Source: Strigamia acuminata (Eukaryota). From it: DNA of 64,000 bases. Position numbers and translations under genes: made by a program. This document shows positions 1 through 10,058 of the stretch, in pieces. How positions within the stretch are numbered: the first letter of the stretch is position 1; each line of letters starts with the position of its first letter. Location: contig OX442314.1 in assembly GCA_949358305.1 (NCBI GenBank), positions 12,710,001 through 12,774,000 on the forward strand, in the 5' to 3' direction. The notes beneath the pieces are model-generated. The model had not been told where the DNA came from, ran no database searches, and saw only the letters and a list, made by a program, of their open reading frames with translations.

Positions 1-297
1 TGCGGTGATATTTTAAAATATTTTGAAAAGTATCCATTTTGTTTGGTGACTACGTCATAACACTGGAATCTGTCAAGATTACGGTTCCACGAACTTGATG
101 ATTTCCACCAATCTCGGACGAGATTGGACTCTCGCGAGACTAGCGTTGATACTTGACCAATCAGAGAGGTGTATCGAAGTACCCATACTTCCTTTCGAAC
201 TAGTGTGACCACTGCTTCGTTTGCGATCCTCCTGAACGTTTGCAACTTCATCGTTATCTCTCAGACTTAGGAAATTTTCTTAGTTTTAAGTTTAGTT

Positions 298-2547
298 ATG
301 ACTAATAACCAGCATCACATGAACACCCGTGGTAAGGAAAGAACTTGTTTGACCGGTGGAATGAATCTATCCGGGTTTGTACCTGTTCCTAATGGAATTG
401 AAGAAGTGGGAAACCACGCGGTCCATAATGGCGTTTCAAATGAAACAGCCGGACCATCTGGAGAGAATAGGGCTCCACGAGAACCTACTCCGCCTGGAGA
501 AGAGGAATGCATTCCTGAAGGTTCTCATTTAGGCCGAGGCGGTCTATTATTTTGTCAGGATCACGGTTTGAACCCAAACCAATTTAGATCTTTGACTGAA
601 GTGTTAGATTTTGTACACGCGCAACGTGCTACGTCGGAGCAACCTAATTCCCCAGCCAGCCAAAGATTAAATAATTTTAGTCCCACTCCTTCGACGCCTA
701 TTTCTAGATATAGAAATAAAAATGCACAACCTCCTCGTCAAGATCAGTCGAATTTGACACCAGGAGATTTTAATCGTGCTTTCCAACAACGATTACGAGC
801 GAATAACTTCGCTCGCAACCAACAAAGAGGATTTACAAATCCAGAGAACTTTGAGAATACGTTCAACAGAGCGAATTTGGGTCCGCCTAATATGGCCAAC
901 CCTAATCCAAGTTTTCCAAACGGATCAAATAGTTGTCCGAATCTCGCTGGAAATTTGAACCCAAATTCAGGTGCGACAAGAGGTCCAAACCGCCGTTTTG
1001 ACCCAAATTCCAGATTTGCAAACAATTCTAGTCCAGCACCTAACATGCAAAGGGGTTATCCAGTTCCTCCGAACTCGAATAACCTAAATAATCCGAACGA
1101 TTTAAATAATCCTTCTACTGGAACTCCAGGAAATTCAAATAACTATTTGAATCGGGGTACGCCAGGTAATTCGAACTATCGTCCAAATTTTGGTAATCAA
1201 GAAAGTTCGCACAACCGTCCGAATTTTAACAATCGAGATAATTCTAATAGTCATTCGAATTATGGGAACCAAGGTAATTCGAATAACCATTCGAATTTTG
1301 GTAACCACAGCAGGTCAAATCAAGGAGGGTCGAATAATTTCAACCCTAATAGTGGTGGCTCAAGTCAAAATAACTCGAGTCAACCAAAAAATAATGGCGG
1401 GTCGTCAAACGACAACTCGCGCCCCCCTAGTAGTTTTGGAATGACGGCTGATGACCTCGCGTCAATTGCCACAACCATGCACAAATTAATGCAGGCTGGA
1501 AAAAGTTCCGCCACTGTCCCTCAAACTAACAGTTTGAAACCCCCAGATATCCCTGTATTCTCAGGAAAAGCAGAAGAAAGCGAACGCTTTCTCAATATTG
1601 TAAAAAATGTCGCTTTTCTGCGAAACATGTCACTCGATGACATGCTTGTTAAAGGCGTTGCTGGTTATCTAACCGAGCAAGCGCATGGTTGGTTTCATGA
1701 ACGAAGAGAAGATTTTATATCTTGGGAAGTATTTGAACAGGCGTTCAAAGAACGATTTGTAGCCACTCGACAAGAGCGGACGAACCAACTAACTAAGTTG
1801 AAACAACTGGAAACAGAAAGTCTTTACGACTTTATGCACAAATATTACCAGTTATGGATATTACAAGACAGTCTTGATGCAAAAGGGGCTGGTTGTCTTT
1901 TTATCGGGAGTGTAACTCCTGCTAATGATTTGCTTTTACATACGCAAGGCATAGCGGATTTACCTCTGACAGAGATTTATTCCGTTATAACGAAAAATAA
2001 AGGCTTGTACAGTCGTACAGCTAATGGAGCAAGGGAAAATATCTCCAATCCAGTTGTTTTCCCACCTCGGAAAACTGACACTCGTCCTCAGCCGAAGACA
2101 AATGCTAAATCTTTAACTTTGGATTCACAAGAACAACTTAATATTTGTGAAGAAGAGTTACCAGAGGAATGCGAGGCCGTCTATTTAATAAATGGAGTAG
2201 TAGATCAGACCAGACGTGGTCAATTAGTTTGTTACCACTGTAAGAAACCAGGACACATGCGTCGAGAATGTCCAGATTTAAAACCACGTGCAAAGTTCAA
2301 CTCTGAAGAGTTGCCAAAACGAAGTACGCCAGATTCCCCGACTGTGGATCCTACTTCTAAACGTCCTAATAACAGATGGATAACTCAAGAAGTGTTGGAT
2401 GCAACACTGGATGCTAAACTTGATGCGAAATTAAATACTTTTGAAAATAAGTTACAAACTTCGCTGACTAACTCATTGGCAGAAATGGTCAAGACTTTGA
2501 TCAAGCCCGAATCTGCTGATTCAAGTGCGACTAGTTCAAAAAACTAG
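298..2547 (+). CDS. gag: Gag of gypsy element A (long Asn/Pro/Gly-rich N-terminal region, capsid-like core, zinc knuckle)
   Basis: 749-aa ORF; retrotransposon-gag-like core (FSGKAEE...LTEQAHGWF...SWEVFEQAFKERF...LKQLETES) and CCHC knuckle CYHCKKPGHMRREC. Confidence 0.92.
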   Translation: MTNNQHHMNTRGKERTCLTGGMNLSGFVPVPNGIEEVGNHAVHNGVSNETAGPSGENRAPREPTPPGEEECIPEGSHLGRGGLLFCQDHGLNPNQFRSLTEVLDFVHAQRATSEQPNSPASQRLNNFSPTPSTPISRYRNKNAQPPRQDQSNLTPGDFNRAFQQRLRANNFARNQQRGFTNPENFENTFNRANLGPPNMANPNPSFPNGSNSCPNLAGNLNPNSGATRGPNRRFDPNSRFANNSSPAPNMQRGYPVPPNSNNLNNPNDLNNPSTGTPGNSNNYLNRGTPGNSNYRPNFGNQESSHNRPNFNNRDNSNSHSNYGNQGNSNNHSNFGNHSRSNQGGSNNFNPNSGGSSQNNSSQPKNNGGSSNDNSRPPSSFGMTADDLASIATTMHKLMQAGKSSATVPQTNSLKPPDIPVFSGKAEESERFLNIVKNVAFLRNMSLDDMLVKGVAGYLTEQAHGWFHERREDFISWEVFEQAFKERFVATRQERTNQLTKLKQLETESLYDFMHKYYQLWILQDSLDAKGAGCLFIGSVTPANDLLLHTQGIADLPLTEIYSVITKNKGLYSRTANGARENISNPVVFPPRKTDTRPQPKTNAKSLTLDSQEQLNICEEELPEECEAVYLINGVVDQTRRGQLVCYHCKKPGHMRRECPDLKPRAKFNSEELPKRSTPDSPTVDPTSKRPNNRWITQEVLDATLDAKLDAKLNTFENKLQTSLTNSLAEMVKTLIKPESADSSATSSKN

Positions 2548-2578
2548 ATCCGGGGGACGAAGGTTTATTCCATCCCCC
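2538..2578 (+). promoter_or_regulatory. -1 programmed ribosomal frameshift signal (gag-pol, element A)
   Basis: A AAA AAC heptamer at 2538-2544 in gag frame, 7-nt spacer, then stem GGGGGA (2552-2557) / TCCCCC (2573-2578). Pol is in the -1 frame, which is open from the heptamer onward. Confidence 0.85.
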
Positions 2579-2582
2579 AGAA

Positions 2583-5500
2583 GTGGCTAATGCTACGTCG
2601 GAATCTTTGTTTATGGATGTAGACACAACTTGTCTTGAAGTAGCCACTAGTCATAGTGGCGGAGTAGAGGAAAATCTGCAAGAAATGACAGAACAATTAA
2701 AAAATCTGACATTGTTTCCACACAAGTGCTACACGAAGAAATTCTGTAGACTCCGCCGACTCAACAGAGTCATAGGTGGTAATAATTTGCACAATATTAC
2801 TTTGGGTAATAATAAAGATGATCCTCGAATGAAGATCACAATTGGTGGGCTCACCTACAACGCGCTCATGGATACAGGAGCATCTCAATGTTACATTGGG
2901 GAACAACTCTTGTCTGAAACTCAGGCTTTGCCAGAATTTTTGCAAGAAGCCCCTAGAAATATGTTGGTTAACGCTGTAGGCGTAGCACACAAGCCTGTCG
3001 GACAAATAACTTTGTGCGTGCAATGGGCTGATGAATTTACACCAATGAATTTCATCGTTTTAGCAAAACGAGTTTGTGGCTTGATACTTGGTCACAATTT
3101 CATGCGCAGACAGAAAATTAGTCCGCATCCACATTTACAAGAGTTCTCTTGTGCAGATAAACCTAATTGGTCCGCTCCTTATGAATCGGAAGAAGCCAAT
3201 TTGGCCCTCGCCCCGTTGAATCGAATTACTTTCGATTATTTAGGACTGTCGTCCACTCTCAACTCAATTGAGTTAACAGACACTCCTGTGTTGACTTGGG
3301 ATGAAAAATTAGTTGAGGAGAGCGACTGCACTCCGGAGCAAAGATTAGCACTTCGCGAAGTGGTTAAATCGATATCGAATGTATTTCGTGATCAAGTTGG
3401 GTGCACTAACGTGACCCAGCATCGTATTAAGTTCAAAGAAGGGCATTCATTGCCCAAAATGCAGTATAGAATGTATAACCCGGCCAAGAGAGCCATTATG
3501 ACCAAACTAGCTGCAGAATTGGAACAGGATGGACTCATTGAAAAGGCCAAGGGGCCCTTCATAAGTCATCCCGTCATTGTTGCGAAGCCTGACGGCTCGT
3601 ATAGGATGTGCATTGACTACCGGTGGCTAAATGCCATCACCGAAGTCGAAGTAATACAAATGCCAAGTATTGACCTTTTATTGCATAATACTGGTCCTGC
3701 TAGGTATTTTACGTCAATTGACCTTGTCAAAGGTTACTACCAAGTCGAGATGTGTAAAGAAGATCGACCAAAGACGGCATTTTACACGCCAAATGGTCCA
3801 TATCAGTTTGTGCGAATGCCGTTTGGCCTTTGCAATGCGCCTTGTACTTTCCAGCGTCTGATGGAAGGCATTTTAGGCTCAGCTTTGCAAGACTACGCGT
3901 TAGTTTATTTGGATGACGTAATTGTGTATTCAGATAATTGGGATGATCATCTCAAACACGTTCGAGATGTTCTAGAAAGGCTTAACCAAGCCAACATGAC
4001 AATAAATAAAGCGAAATCTCGTTTTGGGCGTACAGAATTAAAATTCTTGGGCCACTGGATTAAACCCGAAGGTCTCTTCGGTGATCCCGATAAAATATCG
4101 GCGATTATGAAATTTCCCACCCCCACGTGTGCTAAAGACATTCAGCGCTTTCACGGCATGACTAACTTCTTCAGGAAGTTTGTTCCAAATCACGGAACTA
4201 TTGCCGCACCATACACACGTATGATGAATGAGAAAACTCCATTTGAATGGGGAGATGAGCAGACAGAAGCTTTTAATAAAATTAAAGAGCTACTTTGTGG
4301 TGACAATTGTCTACACAAACCAGATATGACTTTACCATTTGTTGTCATGACTGACGCTTCACATGAAGGCTTAGGAGCTGTCCTTTGCCAAGACGTCGAT
4401 ATATTCGATGAAAAGAAGCAGAAAAACATTTCTGTACCCAAACCTGTAGCTTATGCAAGCAGAGTTTTACGTGGAGCGGAGAAGCGTTATACAACGCCGG
4501 AACTCGAATGTCTCGCAGTTGTGTGGGCTATTGATCGATTTAAACCATATCTCGAATATGGTACATTCACTTTAGAGTCAGATGCAGAAGCACTGAAATG
4601 GTTGATGCGAACGCCTGAACCATCTGGGAAATTTGGCCGATGGGCCTTAAGAATCCAATGTGGAAATTTTAAAATTGTTTTTCGAAAAGGTGCTGCTAAC
4701 CAAGTTGCAGATGCACTTTCTAGAGCCCCACTAACAGAGGAAGACATTCCTCTTCGAGATCATGTGGAACCTGTCGAAATTAAACAATACTGGCCTGAGT
4801 GGGACGGAAATCCTTCTGTTTCATTAAATCGTGCCCCAGAAAAACGAGAATATTTGGCTAGTGTGCGTTCCTATTTTTCTGAAAATTCTAAAGAATGTTC
4901 TGAAGAAAAGGAGGGGGAGGAAGTACAAGAAACCTTGTACAGTGCGTTGACTGAAGTACTTAAAGAAGTCCCTCCTACAAGGAGAGAAATAATAAATGCT
5001 CAATTACTAGATAATGAATGCAAACGCATTCGAGAATATTTATTGAATAACAAGGTTGTTGGGATACCACAATCTGAAATAAAAGAATGGAAAAACAAAG
5101 TCAAAAATTATTGTTTAGACAAAAAAGAAGTTGATGGTGATCAAATGATCATCTATTTTAACCCTTCATTCGAAGAGGAATTAAACGATTCGGGAAATGG
5201 CTTTAAAGCCGTTGTACCCAGTGCACTTGTAAAGCGAGTACTCTTCGCTTGTCATGGCCACCCCCTAAGCGGTCACGCTGGGATGAGTAAGACGCTTGAG
5301 AAAACGCGTTTAATATATTTCTGGCCTGGTATGAGTAGAAGTGTCAGGAACTACGTCAAAAGCTGCACGCACTGTGCTCAGTACAAGCCTATTCAACAGA
5401 AAAGGCACGCAGCTCCTTACACGCCACACAACATGACCAATCCTTGGGAATGTATTAATATGGACTTGATGGGCCCAAAACCCGCGGGAAGGTCCCAAAA

Positions 5501-6809
5501 CCAGTATATTTTTGTCATTATTGACAATTGTACCAAGTTCGTTGAAATTAAGGCTTTGACAAAAGCCACGAGCGCTAACTGCGTTCAAGAATTAAGATCT
5601 GTTACAAACAGATGGGGACACCCCAAAAAGATTGTGAGCGATAACGGAAAACAATTTGTTTCCGATATTTACAATGAGTATTGCGAAATGTACAACATTC
5701 GCCCGTCTCATACGAGCACGTATCATGCTCAGGCGAACCCGACAGAGCGAGCCAATAGAGATATAAAGACGATGCTGGCCCTGTACACAGATGTGCACAC
5801 GCAATGGCCGCGTTATTTAGACGAATTTGCATTCGCAATGCGAAATAATGTTTCGGCAGCAACGGGCTCAAGCCCGATGTTACTGAACACCGGACGAATC
5901 GTAACATTACCTTTCGACCCAAGGATTATTAAACATGCCAATCCATTTGACAAAGAAAATCCAGAAAAATATGTCAGAGTATTATTAGATATATTACGCA
6001 GATCGCATCAAGAGATGCATCGCAGAATTCAATTGAATTTTGAACGACATAGAAAAATACACGAACAAAAGTTCGTAATTACGGAGTTCGAAGTTGGAGA
6101 TTTAGTTTGGAAACAAACTCACATTCTCTCGTGCGCAGATAAAAATATCTCCGCTGGATTTGCCGAGAAGAGAGATGGTCCGTGGGAAATTACTAAAGTA
6201 CTTCCTGGCGGAGCGTATAAATTACGCAAATTAGCTGATGGTTCAATTGAAAAATCAGTGAATATTAAAGCGTTGTACCCCTATACTCCGTCGTACCCGA
6301 TCGAGACTTGGAAAGTAGGACAAAAGTCCGCCTCCTACTCGCCTCAAGAAAATCCTAAATGGATGGACGAAAGTAATCAACTTCCGGATGCTGAAGAAAT
6401 GGAATTAATTCCTGAAACTTCTTCAGAAATTCCAATGGAATTATCCGACTCAACTTCGGTGCAAATTGACAAATCTGCGCCCATTAAGTCTAAACATAGA
6501 CATAGACAACGATTAACTGCTATGGAAAGGAAAGCGGCGTTAAAAAGAGGCGAAGTTCCAAAGAAACCGCCTCGAAAACCCCGCAAACCCCAACCGATAG
6601 TTCCACGAACTAGCACTCGTCCACGACGAGAACGAAAACCAAATCCTAAATATGCAGATGAAAATTTCGTGCGAAACATCACTGTAGTATTTAAAAAAAC
6701 CATACCAACAACGAGGAAAAGCCTCAAAGTTCTGTTGGAATTGATAAGTTTTATTCAAAACTTGAAGACTGTAATTATTTACATGTCAGACAGGTGTAGT
6801 GATTTATAA
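2583..6809 (+). CDS. pol: Pol polyprotein of element A (protease, RT, RNase H, integrase); real entry probably by frameshift at ~2544
   Basis: ALMDTGAS protease, YLDD RT, VMTDAS...ELECLAVVWA RNase H, H-H-CTHC zinc finger, MDLMGP / SDNGKQF / TERANR integrase core; no internal stops. Confidence 0.96.
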   Translation: MANATSESLFMDVDTTCLEVATSHSGGVEENLQEMTEQLKNLTLFPHKCYTKKFCRLRRLNRVIGGNNLHNITLGNNKDDPRMKITIGGLTYNALMDTGASQCYIGEQLLSETQALPEFLQEAPRNMLVNAVGVAHKPVGQITLCVQWADEFTPMNFIVLAKRVCGLILGHNFMRRQKISPHPHLQEFSCADKPNWSAPYESEEANLALAPLNRITFDYLGLSSTLNSIELTDTPVLTWDEKLVEESDCTPEQRLALREVVKSISNVFRDQVGCTNVTQHRIKFKEGHSLPKMQYRMYNPAKRAIMTKLAAELEQDGLIEKAKGPFISHPVIVAKPDGSYRMCIDYRWLNAITEVEVIQMPSIDLLLHNTGPARYFTSIDLVKGYYQVEMCKEDRPKTAFYTPNGPYQFVRMPFGLCNAPCTFQRLMEGILGSALQDYALVYLDDVIVYSDNWDDHLKHVRDVLERLNQANMTINKAKSRFGRTELKFLGHWIKPEGLFGDPDKISAIMKFPTPTCAKDIQRFHGMTNFFRKFVPNHGTIAAPYTRMMNEKTPFEWGDEQTEAFNKIKELLCGDNCLHKPDMTLPFVVMTDASHEGLGAVLCQDVDIFDEKKQKNISVPKPVAYASRVLRGAEKRYTTPELECLAVVWAIDRFKPYLEYGTFTLESDAEALKWLMRTPEPSGKFGRWALRIQCGNFKIVFRKGAANQVADALSRAPLTEEDIPLRDHVEPVEIKQYWPEWDGNPSVSLNRAPEKREYLASVRSYFSENSKECSEEKEGEEVQETLYSALTEVLKEVPPTRREIINAQLLDNECKRIREYLLNNKVVGIPQSEIKEWKNKVKNYCLDKKEVDGDQMIIYFNPSFEEELNDSGNGFKAVVPSALVKRVLFACHGHPLSGHAGMSKTLEKTRLIYFWPGMSRSVRNYVKSCTHCAQYKPIQQKRHAAPYTPHNMTNPWECINMDLMGPKPAGRSQNQYIFVIIDNCTKFVEIKALTKATSANCVQELRSVTNRWGHPKKIVSDNGKQFVSDIYNEYCEMYNIRPSHTSTYHAQANPTERANRDIKTMLALYTDVHTQWPRYLDEFAFAMRNNVSAATGSSPMLLNTGRIVTLPFDPRIIKHANPFDKENPEKYVRVLLDILRRSHQEMHRRIQLNFERHRKIHEQKFVITEFEVGDLVWKQTHILSCADKNISAGFAEKRDGPWEITKVLPGGAYKLRKLADGSIEKSVNIKALYPYTPSYPIETWKVGQKSASYSPQENPKWMDESNQLPDAEEMELIPETSSEIPMELSDSTSVQIDKSAPIKSKHRHRQRLTAMERKAALKRGEVPKKPPRKPRKPQPIVPRTSTRPRRERKPNPKYADENFVRNITVVFKKTIPTTRKSLKVLLELISFIQNLKTVIIYMSDRCSDL

Positions 6810-7795
6810 TCTCAACACCGGGGGACAAGATATTACGATATTTATCGAAATTTGTATTAAAATATGAATTTGTTGCGATAAGTCAAAATATTCGATAGAA
6901 TATTTTATTATGTGGTCAGATTTATATGTATTTTAATTAAAATACAGAGAATTACTTTGAAAAGTGATAATCTCGCGTAATTACGAAGGTACGAGACTTA
7001 CGAGGTGTGATTAAACCTCGAACCCGACAATTAATAGGGAATAAAATTCCCAGGGTTCATTGCACACAAACACTTCGTAAAAAAACACGGATACTAGTGA
7101 CTTCGTCCCTTCGACCCGTCTTCATTTTTCGACTCGAGATTTCCACGCTAATTCAATTAGCGACTTCAGCAAGGAAAACAAGCTTCAACAGTAAGTAGTT
7201 TTCAAATATATTCTTTGACCAAAGAATTGAAAAAATTGTTTGCAACAATTGAAAATATCGGCGTCCCGATAAAAGTTAAAAAATTCACGTGTATTATAAG
7301 CGTGAATCGGCATTAAATCACTCTGGAAGTTTAGCTATTCAGTCGAATAGTTGGGTTAAATTTAATAATTATTTATTAAGTTTAAGTACGTGGGCACTAA
7401 TTATTTAAATCAAGTCGCGGTCGAGGCTTGCATAAATTATTTAGCGGTGAATTTTCGATTTGAGATATTCATTAGACTAAGTGTTAATTAATTAATACGA
7501 AAAGTTATCTTTGATACTCGGAAGTTGGATTAAATAGTTTAAAGAAACTAAGGGGATTTTTCTTTTGAAAATTCAACAAGTTGCGATTTTCGATGAAAAA
7601 TCGCTGTCAGGCGAGTCCATTCTCGTGTCATAAACACAAGGGGAATGTGACTCATTAGTGTCACGTGTTAGGGGTTATAAATAACTCGAGCTGTGTATTT
7701 TTCGTTGCGAACAATACGTTTTAATTCTTTGGACTCAAGGAATGATTATTTAGAGTGGAATTATTTTTAATAAAATAATTTATTTGCGTCTGCAG

Positions 7796-9316
7796 ATGGG
7801 AGGTGGTAAACACCGCTCAAAACGGAGTCATCGACGACACCGTCATGAAAGCTCGTCCAGCTCGTCCACCTCGTCTAGTGACGAACAACGCCGTTCAGCG
7901 GAACGTGCTTACATGAGGGCCCAACCGATACCGACGGCGCCCGCCTCGATGTACGCCCTGACGCCGCTGCAACTCGCGACGCTAAATTGGCTCAGTGTCC
8001 ATCCAGACGGATTTCCGCTCGATTTGAATACGATGATGCAGGCCCCGTCCACTTCTGCTCAGCCAACCGTTTATGAGTCGGCGCAAATGGCCCCGTTGGC
8101 CCAGGTGGCGTATCCGCCCGCGAACGTTATCAACGTCCCGTTGGCCCCGCATTCGCCAGAATTTCGGCCGCCAACTGCAAGCGTGGCGCCCACCGTCGCC
8201 AACACGTCGAATGCGACTGCACCGACTGTGACGGGACAATCAGTGTCGGTTACGCATCTTCCTGCTGGTGCTGAGTCTTCTGCATCAGAATATGGATGGA
8301 ACGAGCCGCCACCGGGCGCTCTGCGTTATTCGGAGCCTGTTTCTCGCAACCGCGAGTACAGAGCGGCCAATAAAGCGAAAAAGAAGGATGAGAAGGCCCG
8401 CCTGCGCAAGGAGCAGTGCGAACGAGACATGGCAGCCGGAATACCTCACGATAACATCGTGACGGACCAAGCCACGGAGACGATATGCCCATTTTGCGTC
8501 GGCTGTGGGTGGTGCTGCGGTGCATCCGCAGGTTCTTCGCTTATGCGTTGTCCAAACTGCCGTGGAAGGAAAACGCGCCCGCGTTCGGAGCCGTGGCGCA
8601 AGGAGGTTCAGCCCCACGTGGTGAAAGGCATTAAGCCTAACGAGAAGCGATGTTGGGCTCACTGCCCCAAGTGCCGATTGTTTTTGAACAGCCGTGGCGA
8701 AGCGGTTTACATCGACCCGCGCTTCCTCACCTGGGCCCGCGCTGAAGCCAACGCCGGCGTAAGAGTCGAACTCCTTCGACAATCACCGCCGCCGTCCGAG
8801 GACTCCGAAGTTTCGACTGAAACTGTCCAAGCCGTCGAGAGCGCCGGAAGCGAGGTCATGGAAGAATTCGTTCGACCCAGAACGATGTCGCGTGGACGAG
8901 GCTGTCTGACGCTCGACCGAGCAAGAGAAATCGCCAAGGTTCAACGAACCAATATCTTGGCACGAGGGCGAGCTCGTAAGCTTCAACAGGCCGTAGAAGC
9001 ACCGTCTAAACCCGTGGAGGATCCTCCAGCGGTCATAACTGACGTGTCGAGCGCTCCTATCGCGTCTAAGTCCGAGACTTCGGACGACGCTCAGTTTGAA
9101 GACGCCGAAGAGCTGCTTTCCGTCGTCGATTTCGTGGCAGAGTTGCTCGAGGATCTGCCGTTCCCACCTCCGAGCCCAGAGGAGATTGAAGCGCCGGAGG
9201 AAGCCGTGTTTTCCGCCGTCTCGACAGAGGCGACTGAAGAGTCGGATTTCCTGACTTCTGCCGAAGTCGAGAAACCAGAAGTGAAGGAACCGACTGAAGT
9301 CGAAAAGAAGGATTAA
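7796..9316 (+). CDS. ORF3 of element A: 506-aa protein of unknown function (basic/Ser-rich N-terminus, Cys-rich putative zinc-binding centre, acidic C-terminus); not env-like
   Basis: Long intact GC-rich ORF between pol and the PPT with AT-rich flanks. ATG at 7796 directly follows TTTGCGTCTGCAG. Motifs CPFCVGCGWCC, CPNC, HCPKC. No signal peptide or TM segment visible. Confidence 0.8.
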   Translation: MGGGKHRSKRSHRRHRHESSSSSSTSSSDEQRRSAERAYMRAQPIPTAPASMYALTPLQLATLNWLSVHPDGFPLDLNTMMQAPSTSAQPTVYESAQMAPLAQVAYPPANVINVPLAPHSPEFRPPTASVAPTVANTSNATAPTVTGQSVSVTHLPAGAESSASEYGWNEPPPGALRYSEPVSRNREYRAANKAKKKDEKARLRKEQCERDMAAGIPHDNIVTDQATETICPFCVGCGWCCGASAGSSLMRCPNCRGRKTRPRSEPWRKEVQPHVVKGIKPNEKRCWAHCPKCRLFLNSRGEAVYIDPRFLTWARAEANAGVRVELLRQSPPPSEDSEVSTETVQAVESAGSEVMEEFVRPRTMSRGRGCLTLDRAREIAKVQRTNILARGRARKLQQAVEAPSKPVEDPPAVITDVSSAPIASKSETSDDAQFEDAEELLSVVDFVAELLEDLPFPPPSPEEIEAPEEAVFSAVSTEATEESDFLTSAEVEKPEVKEPTEVEKKD

Positions 9317-10058
9317 AAGGGACAAATTAACATTCGTTATTTTTCCGAGTGGATATTTTTGACTAAAATAATCCAAGTGTTTTGTTGCGTTTTTTGCAAT
9401 TACGAAATATTCTCATGAGTGTTGTGTTTGTTTGGTTTCAAGATTTTGAACTAATCATTAAATACTCGAACGAGTATAGTTTAATTTTAAAATTGGATTC
9501 AATTTAATTTGTTTTGTTTTTCGAATTCAATTTGGATGTTTATTTGAATTAATCATATTAATATCTGTGTGATTGTTTAGTTTATTTTTCATAATTATTT
9601 GTGAAAATTGTGTTTGTTTTTGCTTTGATCAAAGCGTTGAAAAATTTCAAGTTGAAATTCGTTAATTTTTTATGACAATCGTAATAAAAAATTAGTAGTT
9701 TAGATTTTCGATAAATAAAGTTTGCATAAATTTATTTTTATTGATTATCTTGTTGATTAATAAGCTATGAATAAGTTTATTTGACGAAGAAATAAAATTT
9801 CTATCGAAATTTGTATTTTCTCGAACATGTATCCATGTTCGGACGAGTCCATTTCCGTCGCTTAGCAACCGGGAGTTGCGCCGTGCAGAGAAGCCGATTA
9901 GTCTAATCGGGTGACGAAGTTTCTGAAAGAAATAACATGATTAAGTTAATAAAAAATACTTACCAAGTGGATTAATTCGATAGAATTAGGTGAACATTCT
10001 TATCCATTAAGAATGACAATCGAGAGTTAGTAAACTCTATGTTTGTCACCGGGGGATG

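Noticed and set aside
7796..7810. Direct link between the ORF3 N-terminal Gly (MGGG) or C-terminal KKD and degron recognition by the neighbouring LRR proteins
   Set aside because: Physical proximity of TE insertions to the cluster is not evidence of a functional interaction.
7784..9316. Calling ORF3 of element A (or B) an env gene
   Set aside because: No signal peptide or C-terminal TM anchor is visible; the composition is disordered and intracellular-like.
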